In this document: positions 48,027 through 56,840 of the stretch, in pieces | Layout of the letters: every line of letters begins with the position of its first letter | Position numbering within the stretch: the stretch's first letter is position 1 | Virus record (IMG/VR): IMGVR_UViG_2643221939_000004 | Coordinates: 1-64,000 of that record | Reading direction: 5' to 3' (one strand) | Source: a virus | Taxonomy: Duplodnaviria > Caudoviricetes | Length of the DNA stretch: 64,000 nucleotides | Translations under genes and position numbers: made by a program | Notes under the pieces: generated by a model | The model's database searches: none | What the model was told of the DNA's origin: nothing | Seen by the model: the letters and a program-made list of their open reading frames with translations, nothing else

Positions 48027-48431
48027 TCAGCTCCCCTGCGGATGCACGGGAGAGGCGGACAGAATGGCGTCGATGGCAGCAATCGCCTTATCCTGCGGCG
48101 TCCTGCCATCGCCGGGGTACGTCGTAACATTGTAGCTCGTGCGCAAAGCCTCGCGTGCCATCTCCAAAGCGGCCGTCACATTTGGCTCGACCCACCCTGC
48201 GGCTTGCTGAAGCAGCGTCGCAGCCTTGAGCATGAGGTCTCCGTTCGTCGGGTTGTCGTCGGGATGATCCACATGCCGCGCCTGATGGCGAAGATCGCTG
48301 ATTAGGTTCTCAATCTCGGTCGGCTTGCGAGGGTGGAGGGAGCACCGCCACGGCTCGTCATGAGCCGCCGCGAAGCAGACGCCAGCCTCCTCGCATCCCA
48401 CGCCCATGTCGCAATGCTTGTCCGCGCTCAC
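48027..48431 (-). CDS. Phage hypothetical protein
   Basis: GGGAG RBS; co-oriented with accessory genes. Confidence 0.55.
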   Translation of the reverse strand: MSADKHCDMGVGCEEAGVCFAAAHDEPWRCSLHPRKPTEIENLISDLRHQARHVDHPDDNPTNGDLMLKAATLLQQAAGWVEPNVTAALEMAREALRTSYNVTTYPGDGRTPQDKAIAAIDAILSASPVHPQGS

Positions 48432-48479
48432 TTCGCTTCTCCCAACGAGAGAGGGGAGGCGGGAAGGGCGAAGAGCGAT

Positions 48480-48521
48480 CGTGGTAAACCCGTGGTAAAC
48501 CCGGCTCCACGGTCTACCACG
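48480..48521. repeat. Putative integrase arm-type sites (prophage 1 end)
   Basis: CGTGGTAAACC x2 direct plus inverted TACCACG. Confidence 0.5.
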
Positions 48522-48566
48522 GTACGCCGTTCGTTCTCACGCGCCTCCGAAGCCCTTTCGCCCTGC

Positions 48567-48596
48567 TTGCGCTCAAACCCCTTGTGCGCTAGGGCT
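48567..48596 (+). promoter_or_regulatory. Putative sigma70 promoter of tRNA-Gly
   Basis: TTGCGC-N17-TAGGGC, alphaproteobacterial-type. Confidence 0.4.
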
Positions 48597-48607
48597 TCGT
48601 CGTGAGC

Positions 48608-48682
48608 GCGGGCGTAGTTCAGCGGTAGAACGCCAGCTTCCCAAGCTGGATGTCGTGGGTTCGATCCCCATCGCCCGCTCCA
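48608..48682 (+). tRNA. tRNA-Gly(CCC)
   Basis: GCGGGCG/CGCCCGC acceptor stem, CCAGC-TTCCCAA-GCTGG anticodon arm, TTCGATC T-loop, encoded CCA. Confidence 0.97.
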
Positions 48683-48729
48683 ACGATTTCATAACGTTAG
48701 ATCTGAATTGATTCCTGCCCCATCATGGT

Positions 48730-48748
48730 TTGGACGGGTATTGGACGG
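48730..48748. repeat. Putative arm-type sites (prophage 2 end)
   Basis: TTGGACGG x2 direct repeat, 11-bp period. Confidence 0.45.
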
Positions 48749-48781
48749 ATAGGGCAGGACGAGAGCGAACGTCGATGAACA

Positions 48782-48985
48782 TCAGGCCGCTGATTGACGG
48801 TCGATGTAGCGCTGAATTTCCGCTTCTCTCCAGCGCTTCATTCGCATTCCGAACGTGATGGGCTTCGGGAACGCGGTCGTTCTCTCCAGCTTCCAGAGGG
48901 TGGTTCGGCCGACCTTCATCAGCTCGCAGACTTCTGTCGTCGATAGCAGCGCGCCGGCCTGGACGGGTTTGGACGCCTCGGTCAC
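48782..48985 (-). CDS. AlpA-family excisionase/regulator
   Basis: EVCEL..VGRTTLW...FPKPI....RW..AEI. Confidence 0.85.
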   Translation of the reverse strand: MTEASKPVQAGALLSTTEVCELMKVGRTTLWKLERTTAFPKPITFGMRMKRWREAEIQRYIDRQSAA

Positions 48986-49173
48986 TTCGTCTGTTCCTTC
49001 TCATGTCGGAGCAGCGCGAAGCGCAGCTCGTCCGCCTTCCGAATCGTTTCTCTGGAAATCAGTCCGCCGTTGCCGCCTCGGCCGGCGATGCCGCTGTCGT
49101 CGAAGGTGATGGCGGCGACGAGATCCTGCGCCGCGTCGATCAGCTCGTGTCTGACGGGGGAGGGGTTTGTCAC
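48982..49173 (-). CDS. Small phage hypothetical protein
   Basis: GTG start with GGAGG RBS, coupled. Confidence 0.5.
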   Translation of the reverse strand: MTNPSPVRHELIDAAQDLVAAITFDDSGIAGRGGNGGLISRETIRKADELRFALLRHEKEQTK

Positions 49174-49379
49174 GGGTATTCCTCCAAGGCTTCCCGCACC
49201 TCGGCGACCGTCATGTCGCCCTCCACCTCGCCGAGAAACCGCATGATCCGGTCGCGGTGTTCGTTGTGCTCGCGCTTCGTCGGTCCGCCGATCTGCCGCG
49301 CGGCGCTGGGTTTCCTCCCGCTTGGCGTGGTCGCCTCCAGGGCCTCCCAGACATCGGGCCACTCTCGAACGCCGCTCAC
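49170..49379 (-). CDS. Small phage hypothetical protein
   Basis: Coupled ORF. Confidence 0.45.
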   Translation of the reverse strand: MSGVREWPDVWEALEATTPSGRKPSAARQIGGPTKREHNEHRDRIMRFLGEVEGDMTVAEVREALEEYP

Positions 49380-49972
49380 ACCCGATCCTCCGGGTGGCCC
49401 GGCACGATGCGCGGAGGTGTCGCGGGGGCCGGGGCGAGGCCGGCCGGATCGCGAAAGCGGCCCGCCTTGGCCGGGTCGGGGGCGTAGACCTTCCCGTCCA
49501 TGCCGTGCCACGTCAGGCGGCCGGCGTGATGGTCGAGCAGATCCGTGTCGATCGCAGACAGGCTGCCATCCATGAACGCCGGCAGCAGCTCGGGCCGATC
49601 GGCGAGGAAAGAGACGATCTGGCCGGCGGTCTCCAGCGAGCCGACGCCGGCCTGCCATGCGATGTTCTCGGCATAAGCGACAATCTGCGCGATGGTCACT
49701 TGTGCGGCCGGCCCGAGCCAACTCCGCAGCATCGCATTCGCCGCCCGAAGCGCCTCGACCTCCTCGGTTTCCGGCTCGGCCGCCTGCCGTTCGCGGAGGC
49801 TCCCGACGATCTCGGTCGCCATTGCGAGGTAGCCGTCAGGCTCGGGGAAGCTGCCGCCGTCCTCAGCAACCCAATGGGCTCGGATGTGGCGGGTAACGAT
49901 TTCCTGCACCGTCGATATCGCGCCGACATCAGAGCGTGACGTGGTTCCGAATGCTGGATCAGACGAGGTCAT
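49376..49972 (-). CDS. Phage hypothetical protein
   Basis: MTSSDPAF, coupled. Confidence 0.55.
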   Translation of the reverse strand: MTSSDPAFGTTSRSDVGAISTVQEIVTRHIRAHWVAEDGGSFPEPDGYLAMATEIVGSLRERQAAEPETEEVEALRAANAMLRSWLGPAAQVTIAQIVAYAENIAWQAGVGSLETAGQIVSFLADRPELLPAFMDGSLSAIDTDLLDHHAGRLTWHGMDGKVYAPDPAKAGRFRDPAGLAPAPATPPRIVPGHPEDRV

Positions 49973-50478
49973 GGCTTCATGCCCTCCATGTTGCGCGTGG
50001 CGGCAAACATCCAGACTTGCGCTTTTCGATCGATGTCGCGATCGAGCGCCCATTGAAGCGTCACGGCGTTGAGGCGTTCGGCGAGATCGTTCCAGTCGTC
50101 GCCCGTGACACTGTCGAAGACCGGTTCTCCGCTGTCCGGGTCGCCGTTTTCTTCGTTCCACTCTTCGAAGAGGTCGCAGAGCCCGCCGCCGTCGAAGCCT
50201 TCCAGCAGGGCCATTCCCTGACGCGCTTCTGTGATGAACGCCGCCTCGTGATCACGGGCCGCCGTTATCGCCTCCTCGCGCGTTCCAAAGCTCTCGTGGA
50301 AGCGCTCGCCGTCGCCGATCCACCACTTCCACGGCGTCGAAGCGCGAACGGCCGGCATGGCGGCGGCTGTCGTTGCAGGCGGAACGGCCAGTGCGAGTGC
50401 TTCCCCGGATGGGAGCGCGCCGACGAAGGCCATGGCCGGCACGGCGGCGCTGCGCATCAGGAATGATCGGCGGTTCAT
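49969..50478 (-). CDS. Protein with twin-arginine-like signal
   Basis: MNRRSFL...ALA. Confidence 0.6.
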   Translation of the reverse strand: MNRRSFLMRSAAVPAMAFVGALPSGEALALAVPPATTAAAMPAVRASTPWKWWIGDGERFHESFGTREEAITAARDHEAAFITEARQGMALLEGFDGGGLCDLFEEWNEENGDPDSGEPVFDSVTGDDWNDLAERLNAVTLQWALDRDIDRKAQVWMFAATRNMEGMKP

Positions 50479-50612
50479 GCGCAGCAACTCCAGAGGACGA
50501 CGCCGGCCGGCGCCCAGACGAAGACGAGGGACAGGAGCAGGCCGAAGCCGACGCCTCGGCTCTCGGCGGACGGATCGACCAAGGTGGATGGGGAGGGCAG
50601 GCGGGGCGTCAT
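50475..50612 (-). CDS. Small membrane protein
   Basis: Hydrophobic, coupled. Confidence 0.45.
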   Translation of the reverse strand: MTPRLPSPSTLVDPSAESRGVGFGLLLSLVFVWAPAGVVLWSCCA

Positions 50613-50911
50613 GCCGCCACCATCGCGCGGGCGCAGCTGAGGCCGCCCTTCGCCGCCCATGCGGCCATGATCTGCGGGGAGCCCCAGCAGTCGTTCGGGC
50701 ATTCCCAATCGAGGAAACGGACGAGGTCGACCAGGAAGAGCCGGTGCTCCAGCCGGCCGCGATAGACGGCGGCGGCGAGGTCGTTGGAGAGGACACCCTG
50801 CAGAAACTTGCCGGGCAGGGTGCCGCCCTCGATCCAGGCGCGGACCTCGCTCTGAAGGTCGGCCGGGAAGGCGGAAAGCTTCGGCTCGAAATCGGGACCG
50901 AGCGCCTTCAA
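50609..50911 (-). CDS. Conserved phage hypothetical protein
   Basis: PGKFLQGVLSNDL...CWGS. Confidence 0.65.
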   Translation of the reverse strand: MKALGPDFEPKLSAFPADLQSEVRAWIEGGTLPGKFLQGVLSNDLAAAVYRGRLEHRLFLVDLVRFLDWECPNDCWGSPQIMAAWAAKGGLSCARAMVAA

Positions 50912-51015
50912 CGGACGAGCCCCGACATGGCGGCCAAGGCGGCCGGCGCCGCGGTCAAGCCGATGAATGCGAGGAGCGCGCCCAAAGCAATGTGGTTGCC
51001 GATACGGCGGATCAT
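50908..51015 (-). CDS. Small membrane peptide
   Basis: GGGAGA RBS; hydrophobic. Confidence 0.45.
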   Translation of the reverse strand: MIRRIGNHIALGALLAFIGLTAAPAALAAMSGLVR

Positions 51016-51070
51016 GGAAGTCTCCCGAAATGGGAGCGGGCCGGCGATCCGAACCCGCGAAAGGGGTGGA

Positions 51071-51283
51071 TCAGGCAGCGCGAAGCTGGTCGACGGCGAC
51101 GCCACCGGAGCGCCCCGTGATCTTGATGACCACCTGCCCATGACCGAGAGCCCAGGGTTCCGACTGGACTTCGGATTCCTCGAAATGCTGCTCGCCGGAG
51201 AGCGGATAGAACTGAACCTTCGTGCCGATCGGAAAGCGCCGGAAGGCTTGGGCGAGGGTCATGCGACGGATTGGGGGTGTCAT
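51071..51283 (-). CDS. First early-left gene, homologue of 5951..6157
   Basis: Direct protein similarity within window. Confidence 0.75.
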   Translation of the reverse strand: MTPPIRRMTLAQAFRRFPIGTKVQFYPLSGEQHFEESEVQSEPWALGHGQVVIKITGRSGGVAVDQLRAA

Positions 51284-51333
51284 CTAGCTCTCCATCGATC
51301 GACATCGGAGACGTGATCTATGGAGTACCGTTA

Positions 51334-51380
51334 AGTCGGATATTTCCGACCGTCAATCATTTGGTAGGAAATATCCGACT
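51334..51380. promoter_or_regulatory. OL operators and pL-like promoter of prophage 2
   Basis: GTCGGAtattTCCGAC and GTAGGAaataTCCGAC; minus-strand TTGACG-N17-TAACGG. Confidence 0.75.
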
Positions 51381-51546
51381 TTAACGATGCGGAATTGTCG
51401 CGCGGAGGCAGGGCCGAGCTAGAGGTTCAAAAGGGTGGATCAGGTCTTTTTCGATGCCGGCGGGGGCGCCTTGGCTAACTGGATCTTGCAGTTGTCCTGC
51501 GGGACCTGTCCTCGATTGCCTGCAACCAATCTTTGATTTGGCGAAG

Positions 51547-52206
51547 TCACCCCGGCTTGGTCCAGTCGATCTTCGCCACCCATTCGACCGAAACGTTCTC
51601 GATCGTAGGATAGGCAGGGTTGATGCTCTCAAGATCCCACTCGTCTTTGGTCGAGGAAGCCCGCAACGTCTTTACGAACAGGCGACCGTCCATCAGCTTA
51701 ACGATGCAGCGCTTGTTGATCATGTCAGCTGGTGGAAGCATTTTTGACCAATAGATCAATGTCCCGTCCTCATAGACGGGCATCATCGAAAGTCCTTTGA
51801 CCTCTGCCGCAAAAGTCTCGTCGACGGCTCCTGGAGGTGTTTCAACCAATCCCGCGTCTCCGTCGCCCGTTTCTACGATCTCTCCACCGTCTCCGATGTA
51901 GCCCTTTAACCGTGTACCAATCGTGAGCAATTGTGCGTGTCTCTCAGGATTAGGCAAAATAAGCAGTGGCGTTTCCTCTTCGCCCATCAGCCAGCGTGGA
52001 GTAGTTCTAAGCGCGTCAGCAAGTTTTTTAAGTCCGTCTGCTCTTACGCTCTTCTTTTTACCTACCAAAATATCAAGAATGAAATTGCGTTCCAGTCCGC
52101 CCGCAATGGCCGTTTCGACAGGTCCTTTCTCAAGGGCCGCCAAACGTTCTTGGACACGGTCTTTCAAATTATCAGATCCCATGTCGGATTTATCCGATGC
52201 GTCCAA
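51547..52206 (-). CDS. CI-like repressor (HTH + S24); start possibly 52182
   Basis: EVKGLSMMPVY, FVKTL, LESINPAY. Confidence 0.88.
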   Translation of the reverse strand: MDASDKSDMGSDNLKDRVQERLAALEKGPVETAIAGGLERNFILDILVGKKKSVRADGLKKLADALRTTPRWLMGEEETPLLILPNPERHAQLLTIGTRLKGYIGDGGEIVETGDGDAGLVETPPGAVDETFAAEVKGLSMMPVYEDGTLIYWSKMLPPADMINKRCIVKLMDGRLFVKTLRASSTKDEWDLESINPAYPTIENVSVEWVAKIDWTKPG

Positions 52207-52265
52207 CGGGGATGCCAGTCGGAATTAAGTCGGATTCTCTCTTGTTAAGTCGGAAATATCCGACT
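52183..52265. promoter_or_regulatory. OR operators of prophage 2
   Basis: GTCGGAtttaTCCGAT, AGTCGGAaataTCCGACT and GTCGGA half-sites. Confidence 0.75.
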
Positions 52266-52277
52266 AAATCGGAGATT

Positions 52278-52481
52278 ATGAGCGAGCTAGAAGCCTTCCG
52301 ACATGAAGTCGAAACCTTCCTTCGGACCTACAACTGGTCGCCGACGCGCTTTGGGCGTGCGGCCGCAAAAGATCAGATGTTCGTATTCCAGTTGCGAACG
52401 GGGCGGGAGCCGAGGTCCGGCGTCCGCCACCGCGTTCGTTCCTTCATGGAGCAGGCTGCCTCTGACGAGGTGGCCGCATGA
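52278..52481 (+). CDS. Cro-like protein
   Basis: SPTRFGRAAAKD..FV..LRTGREPR; divergent from cI. Confidence 0.8.
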   Translation: MSELEAFRHEVETFLRTYNWSPTRFGRAAAKDQMFVFQLRTGREPRSGVRHRVRSFMEQAASDEVAA

Positions 52482-52681
52482 TCTCCGCGCTCGATCAGGC
52501 CGAGGCAGACCGCGCCTATGCAATCTGGATCGCGGGAGATCGCCGGCCGGAGCCGCAGGCTATGGCGGACGAACTGAACTCATGTCGTCCTCACGGCGTG
52601 TCGAAGCTTACGCCCGGCGACGCCGTCCTGATCGGCCTCGCCGAATGGCGCCGCCGCCGTGCCGAGGCGGGGTGGTCGTGA
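52478..52681 (+). CDS. Phage hypothetical protein
   Basis: ATGA-coupled. Confidence 0.5.
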   Translation: MISALDQAEADRAYAIWIAGDRRPEPQAMADELNSCRPHGVSKLTPGDAVLIGLAEWRRRRAEAGWS

Positions 52682-52913
52682 ACCATGGGCCGCCTCGATC
52701 CTCATCCTGTTTTGGCGCTGCCCGATGAGGCGCTGCCGAAAGTAATCCCGATCCCCGCGGTTGGCGCCGCCGGGATCGTCGGCGGGAGCGTTGGCGCGCG
52801 TCCCGTCGAATGTGCCCTCCTGCAAAGGGTCTTTGCAGTCGTCGAAGAGGTCGGCCTGTCGTCGATCACCGTGTCTGGCCCGCGTCTCCATGCCCCTGAA
52901 ACTGGAGCATGGA

Positions 52914-53342
52914 ATGCGCGAGTTCTCGGCACGATCACCCAAGATCTTGGAAAACGGTGAGGCCATGCAAGCGGGAGCGCTCGCCTCGTCCCTCATCCGC
53001 CGCGCGGCCGGACCGCGCGGTCACGACGAACCCCTGAAAGCGCTGTGGCACCGCCTCTACGAGGCCCTGCGACGCCGCAACGACCAATGGACCGAGCGGC
53101 GCGTGCGCGCGCTCTGGGCCGGTGAAGCCCGCCGGATCGAATGGGACGAGATCATGGATCTCGTCGCCGTCGCCGAGCTGCAGGAAGCAAGGAGAAGCCA
53201 TGCCGAATACGTCGCGGAAACGGCTCGGGTGGCGGCGCTTCGTGTCGCTGCTGAGACGCTTGCATTGGGCGGAGCGGACCCGGCGTGCGGGCGCTGCGAT
53301 GGCCCTTTGGCTGGCGCCCGAGCTTCGCCCCGAGACGCCTGA
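52914..53342 (+). CDS. Putative CII-like regulator (start uncertain)
   Basis: RRVRALWAGEARRI; position. Confidence 0.5.
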   Translation: MREFSARSPKILENGEAMQAGALASSLIRRAAGPRGHDEPLKALWHRLYEALRRRNDQWTERRVRALWAGEARRIEWDEIMDLVAVAELQEARRSHAEYVAETARVAALRVAAETLALGGADPACGRCDGPLAGARASPRDA

Positions 53343-53378
53343 CGAACAACGCATCCGCACGGCGGAAGGGGACGACCG

Positions 53379-53627
53379 ATGAGCGTTGCCGAGACCAATG
53401 TCGCCGCCGACGAGCTGCGGGCCTTCATCGAGCGCATCGAGCGCCTGGAGGAGGAGAAGAAGACGATCGCCGAGGACGTGAAGGACGTCTACGCCGAAGC
53501 GAAGGGCCGCGGCTACGACACCCGCGTCCTGCGCAAGATCGTCGCCATCCGCAAGCAGGACCAGAACGAGCGCGCCGAACTCGACGCCGTTCTCGAACTC
53601 TATCTCCAAGCGCTGGGGATGCAGTGA
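53379..53627 (+). CDS. gapR: GapR-like (DUF2312) DNA-binding protein
   Basis: [35 protein letters not shown]...[10 protein letters not shown]. Confidence 0.92.
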   Translation: MSVAETNVAADELRAFIERIERLEEEKKTIAEDVKDVYAEAKGRGYDTRVLRKIVAIRKQDQNERAELDAVLELYLQALGMQ

Positions 53628-54082
53628 TGGGAGCGCTAACGCACGGAATGGCCGACGAGCGGGTCGGCGTCTGTCGTGGCGCCTCGCGACACTACGGCGC
53701 CTGCGAGGCGGCACAGTCCGTCGAAGCGGACGAACGCCGTCCCGTCGCCATGACGACGGCGCGTGTACACGCTTGCGCCGAGTGCGGAGAGGCAGCGCCG
53801 GCCGCCGCGGAGTTCTGCTCGCCAGCCTGCCGCCACACCTTCAACAACCGCCGCCGTCTGCGCGGGGCGGAGCTGTACGACCTCTACATGGCGCACCGGT
53901 TCGAACGGCCTCTCGCGAAGGTGCTGGGTCTGTTGCAGGCCATGAACCGGCTCGCCTCGAACTATCGGGCGGAAGACGCGCTATGGCGGGCCGGGCGCAA
54001 GTCATGGCGGGCGCCGCAGGATGTCCTCGCAACGCGACCGCATCTGAAAGCGAAGCGCTGGTTCGTGAGGGCAGGGCGATGA
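53627..54082 (+). CDS. Zn-finger phage protein
   Basis: CAECG...FCSPAC..FNNRR. Confidence 0.6.
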   Translation: MGALTHGMADERVGVCRGASRHYGACEAAQSVEADERRPVAMTTARVHACAECGEAAPAAAEFCSPACRHTFNNRRRLRGAELYDLYMAHRFERPLAKVLGLLQAMNRLASNYRAEDALWRAGRKSWRAPQDVLATRPHLKAKRWFVRAGR

Positions 54083-54360
54083 CGCCGTGTCCGAACCGGC
54101 AGCTTATCGCGCAAGATTCTGGCCGCCTCTCGGCGCGTGCGAAGCGCGTTGCCGCGAAGTGCAAGGGTGGTCGCGTCTGCAAACAGTATGTGCCGGACGA
54201 GCGTACAGGTCGGGGCGCCTTCTTCTTTCTGGAGCATGGCGGCGCCCCACTCGATGCGGAGGGCTGCGAGGAGTTGATCCGCAAGGGTATGCTGCGGCCG
54301 GCCGGCGACGCGCTGTTCCCTGATGCCTCTTCGCAGACGTTCGAGGTTGCCGGGGCATGA
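54079..54360 (+). CDS. Phage hypothetical protein
   Basis: Coupled ORF. Confidence 0.5.
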   Translation: MTPCPNRQLIAQDSGRLSARAKRVAAKCKGGRVCKQYVPDERTGRGAFFFLEHGGAPLDAEGCEELIRKGMLRPAGDALFPDASSQTFEVAGA

Positions 54361-54719
54361 CGTCGATCGTTCGCATCACCATGCCTTTTCCACCGAGCCT
54401 GAACGGCGTCTTCCCGACACGGGGCAACCGGCGCGTGCCTTCGCCCGCCTATCGTGCATGGCGGGACGAGGCGGGGTGGACAATCAAGGCGCAGCGGCCG
54501 GCGAAGTTCACGACGCCAGTCCATGTTCGCATCGACCTGATGCCGCCGGACGGCCGGCGTCGCGACGTGGACAATCTCGCAAAGGCGCCGCTGGACGCTC
54601 TCGTCGCTGCGGGCGTGCTGGCCGACGATAGCCTCGTCCGCCGCCTTTCCATCGGCTGGGTTGAGATCGGCGAGCCTTGCGTTGTCATCGTGTCGCCCTG
54701 GGAGAGCGCCCAAGGATGA
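54357..54719 (+). CDS. rusA: RusA-family Holliday junction resolvase
   Basis: PFPPSLN, RRDVDNLAK..LDAL...LADDS. Confidence 0.9.
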   Translation: MTSIVRITMPFPPSLNGVFPTRGNRRVPSPAYRAWRDEAGWTIKAQRPAKFTTPVHVRIDLMPPDGRRRDVDNLAKAPLDALVAAGVLADDSLVRRLSIGWVEIGEPCVVIVSPWESAQG

Positions 54720-55624
54720 GCAAACAGCCCTGGCTCAAGTTCTATCCTGCCGACTGGCGGGCCGATCCTGCTTTGCGCATGTGCAGCCTCGCCGCGCGCG
54801 GTCTCTGGATCGAAATGCTGGCGATCATGCACGAGGCGGAGCCGCGCGGGCATCTGCTCATCAACGGCAAGGCCGTGTCCGTCCGTCACCTCTCTTCGCT
54901 GGTCGGTGCGAGCGAGGAGCAGGTCGCCGATCTCATGTCCGAGCTGGCGGAAGCGGGCGTCTATTCGGCCAAGCGGAACGGCGTTCTCTATAGCAGGCGC
55001 ATGGAAAGAGACGAGAATAAGTCGAGAAAACTTCGAGATAACGGCAAGTTGGGCGGGAATCCAAGCCTTAGAAAAGAAACGACAATCGAGGGTTTGGATA
55101 ACCAAGGGGATAAGGCCCAGAAGCCAGAAGCCAGATACCAGATACCAGATAAGGAAAAAGACACCCCCGCCGCCCCTGCGGGGCGTCGCCCCCCAAGGGG
55201 GGCGCGCAGCGGGCTGACGATTGGGACGAGGGTCGATGGGTTCGAGCCGGACCTGTCGGTTGCGACCGGGCTCGGCCTGACGGCGGAGCAGGCTCGCCTT
55301 CAGAGCGACCAGTTCCTCGACTTCTGGCGCGGCGTTCCTGCCGATCGAGGCCTCAGTGCCGATTGGCCGGCGGCTTGGCGCCGATGGGTTCGCGAGCAGC
55401 TTCGGAGGGACAATCTCAAGCCGGGCAGCGGCGGCGTGCGCTCGGCATCTGGCGCCGCGACCGGCTCGGCGATCCCCTACGCCGAACGGCTGCAACGCAA
55501 CCGCGATCAGCAGCGCCGCCAGCAGGAGGCGGACGTCAGCCCTGACGTGCCGCTGACCCCGGAGCAGCAGGAAATTATGGACCGCTTTCGGGCGAAACGG
55601 CGGGCGAAGGAGGCACTGCAGTGA
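54716..55624 (+). CDS. Replication initiator
   Basis: WLKFYPADW..D..L..CSLAARGLW; NGKLGGNP; internal iterons. Confidence 0.8.
   Translation: MSKQPWLKFYPADWRADPALRMCSLAARGLWIEMLAIMHEAEPRGHLLINGKAVSVRHLSSLVGASEEQVADLMSELAEAGVYSAKRNGVLYSRRMERDENKSRKLRDNGKLGGNPSLRKETTIEGLDNQGDKAQKPEARYQIPDKEKDTPAAPAGRRPPRGARSGLTIGTRVDGFEPDLSVATGLGLTAEQARLQSDQFLDFWRGVPADRGLSADWPAAWRRWVREQLRRDNLKPGSGGVRSASGAATGSAIPYAERLQRNRDQQRRQQEADVSPDVPLTPEQQEIMDRFRAKRRAKEALQ
55117..55151 (+). repeat. Five 7-bp tandem repeats, putative origin iterons
   Basis: CCAGAAG x2 + CCAGATA x3 in an A-rich patch inside the initiator gene. Confidence 0.65.
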
Positions 55625-56214
55625 TGGCAATCGAAGAGACCGCTCGGCCCGTCATCGCCGAAACTTCAAGTCGAGCGCTGGACTGGTTCGTGGTGCGCAC
55701 GAACCCGAATTGCGAGGACCGCGCGGTCGCCTCCATCCGCGAGGCCGGTTTCGAGGCGTACAAGCCGGAGCGCCGGAAGGAATACCAGCACAACCGTTCG
55801 AAGCGCTGGATCGAGCGTACCTTTCCGCTCTTCGTCGGCTACGTGTTCCTTGGGCTGCCGGCCGGCCGGCCTCATCAGTTCGGCCGCATCCGGCTTTGCG
55901 ACGGCGTGAAGATGATCCTCGGGAGCAACCCGCGCGACCCGCGCAGCCGGCCGATCGCCGTTCCGTCCCGCCTGATCGCGGAGTTGCTGGAAATGCAAGC
56001 GGCCGGCCAGTTCGACGACATGAGGGCGCCCATCGCCGCGCCTCACGACTTCGTGGAGGGGGAAGTCGTGACGCTTGTGACAGGCGCGCTGGCGAAGCTT
56101 CAACTCACTGTGGCGGACCCCGCAGGCAGGGAGCAGATCATTGTCCTAGGCGAAATGTTCGCTAGCGTAAGGGAACTCGGCGTTGCTGCCAAAAAGCTAA
56201 GGCGAGCAGTTTAA
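55621..56214 (+). CDS. NusG-family paralogue (late antiterminator)
   Basis: WFVVRTNPNCE, PLFVGYVF NGN domain; KOW-like C-terminus. Confidence 0.85.
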   Translation: MMAIEETARPVIAETSSRALDWFVVRTNPNCEDRAVASIREAGFEAYKPERRKEYQHNRSKRWIERTFPLFVGYVFLGLPAGRPHQFGRIRLCDGVKMILGSNPRDPRSRPIAVPSRLIAELLEMQAAGQFDDMRAPIAAPHDFVEGEVVTLVTGALAKLQLTVADPAGREQIIVLGEMFASVRELGVAAKKLRRAV

Positions 56215-56408
56215 TAAGATATCATTCCTGTTGGTGTTGACGGCATAGGGGTGTTCGCCTAATCAGATCATCGTGATTGTCTCCGACCGTGCGGGATTGA
56301 GTTCGCCGCCGGGAGACCGGGAAGAGCTTCACGGCTTCCCATCCGGCTTTCTATGGGGCTATCGCGCTGGCGATCTTGGTAGACGCTGTGGGATAGCGTG
56401 ATGTCTTT

Positions 56409-56485
56409 GGCAGGATAGCTCAGATCGGTAGAACGCGCTGGTGTCATAATCGGGAAATCGGGCCTTCAATTCGTCTTTCCGCAAC
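56409..56485 (+). pseudogene. Degenerate tRNA-Met(CAT)-like sequence
   Basis: TAGCTCAG..GGTAGA D-arm, TCATAA anticodon loop, TTCAATT T-loop; mispaired stems, no CCA. Confidence 0.55.
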
Positions 56486-56840
56486 TTACTCTGCCTGAAC
56501 AACCCATGTTCGTCGCTCGCACGGTAATATGTTTACTACAAGAATGCTTGCAGCAGTCTTTGCCAGCGCCTCCGACTTAAAACCTGGAATTGTTGAATTA
56601 GACATGCTGAGCATTCGAATTCGATGATTATTTTCGACTTCAAACATCGCAGTCGAGATAATGACGGTAAACATATCGATTCCTCTTCGTTCTTACCTAT
56701 TAAATACATAGGCGTACACATCAACGTCTTCTCAGGGTGGGGCGTTCGCTATTGCGGCGGAAGCAGTTCAACAGCTTGCCGCCGCAACTATCGGGAGTTC
56801 AGCGCGCCCGCTGAACGTTGCGCTGTAGCGAGATCAGACG

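Larger units (their letters stand above)
1..48530. mobile_element. Prophage 1, temperate myovirus-type (left end outside window)
   Basis: Continuous phage gene order: recombination, cI/cro, replication, terminase, portal, head, sheath/tube, baseplate, lysis; ends at short direct repeats just upstream of tRNA-Gly. Confidence 0.93.

Noticed and set aside
51428-51444. AAAAGGGTGGATCAGG, partial match to the shared early hairpin
   Set aside because: Only one arm is present with no complementary half; may be chance
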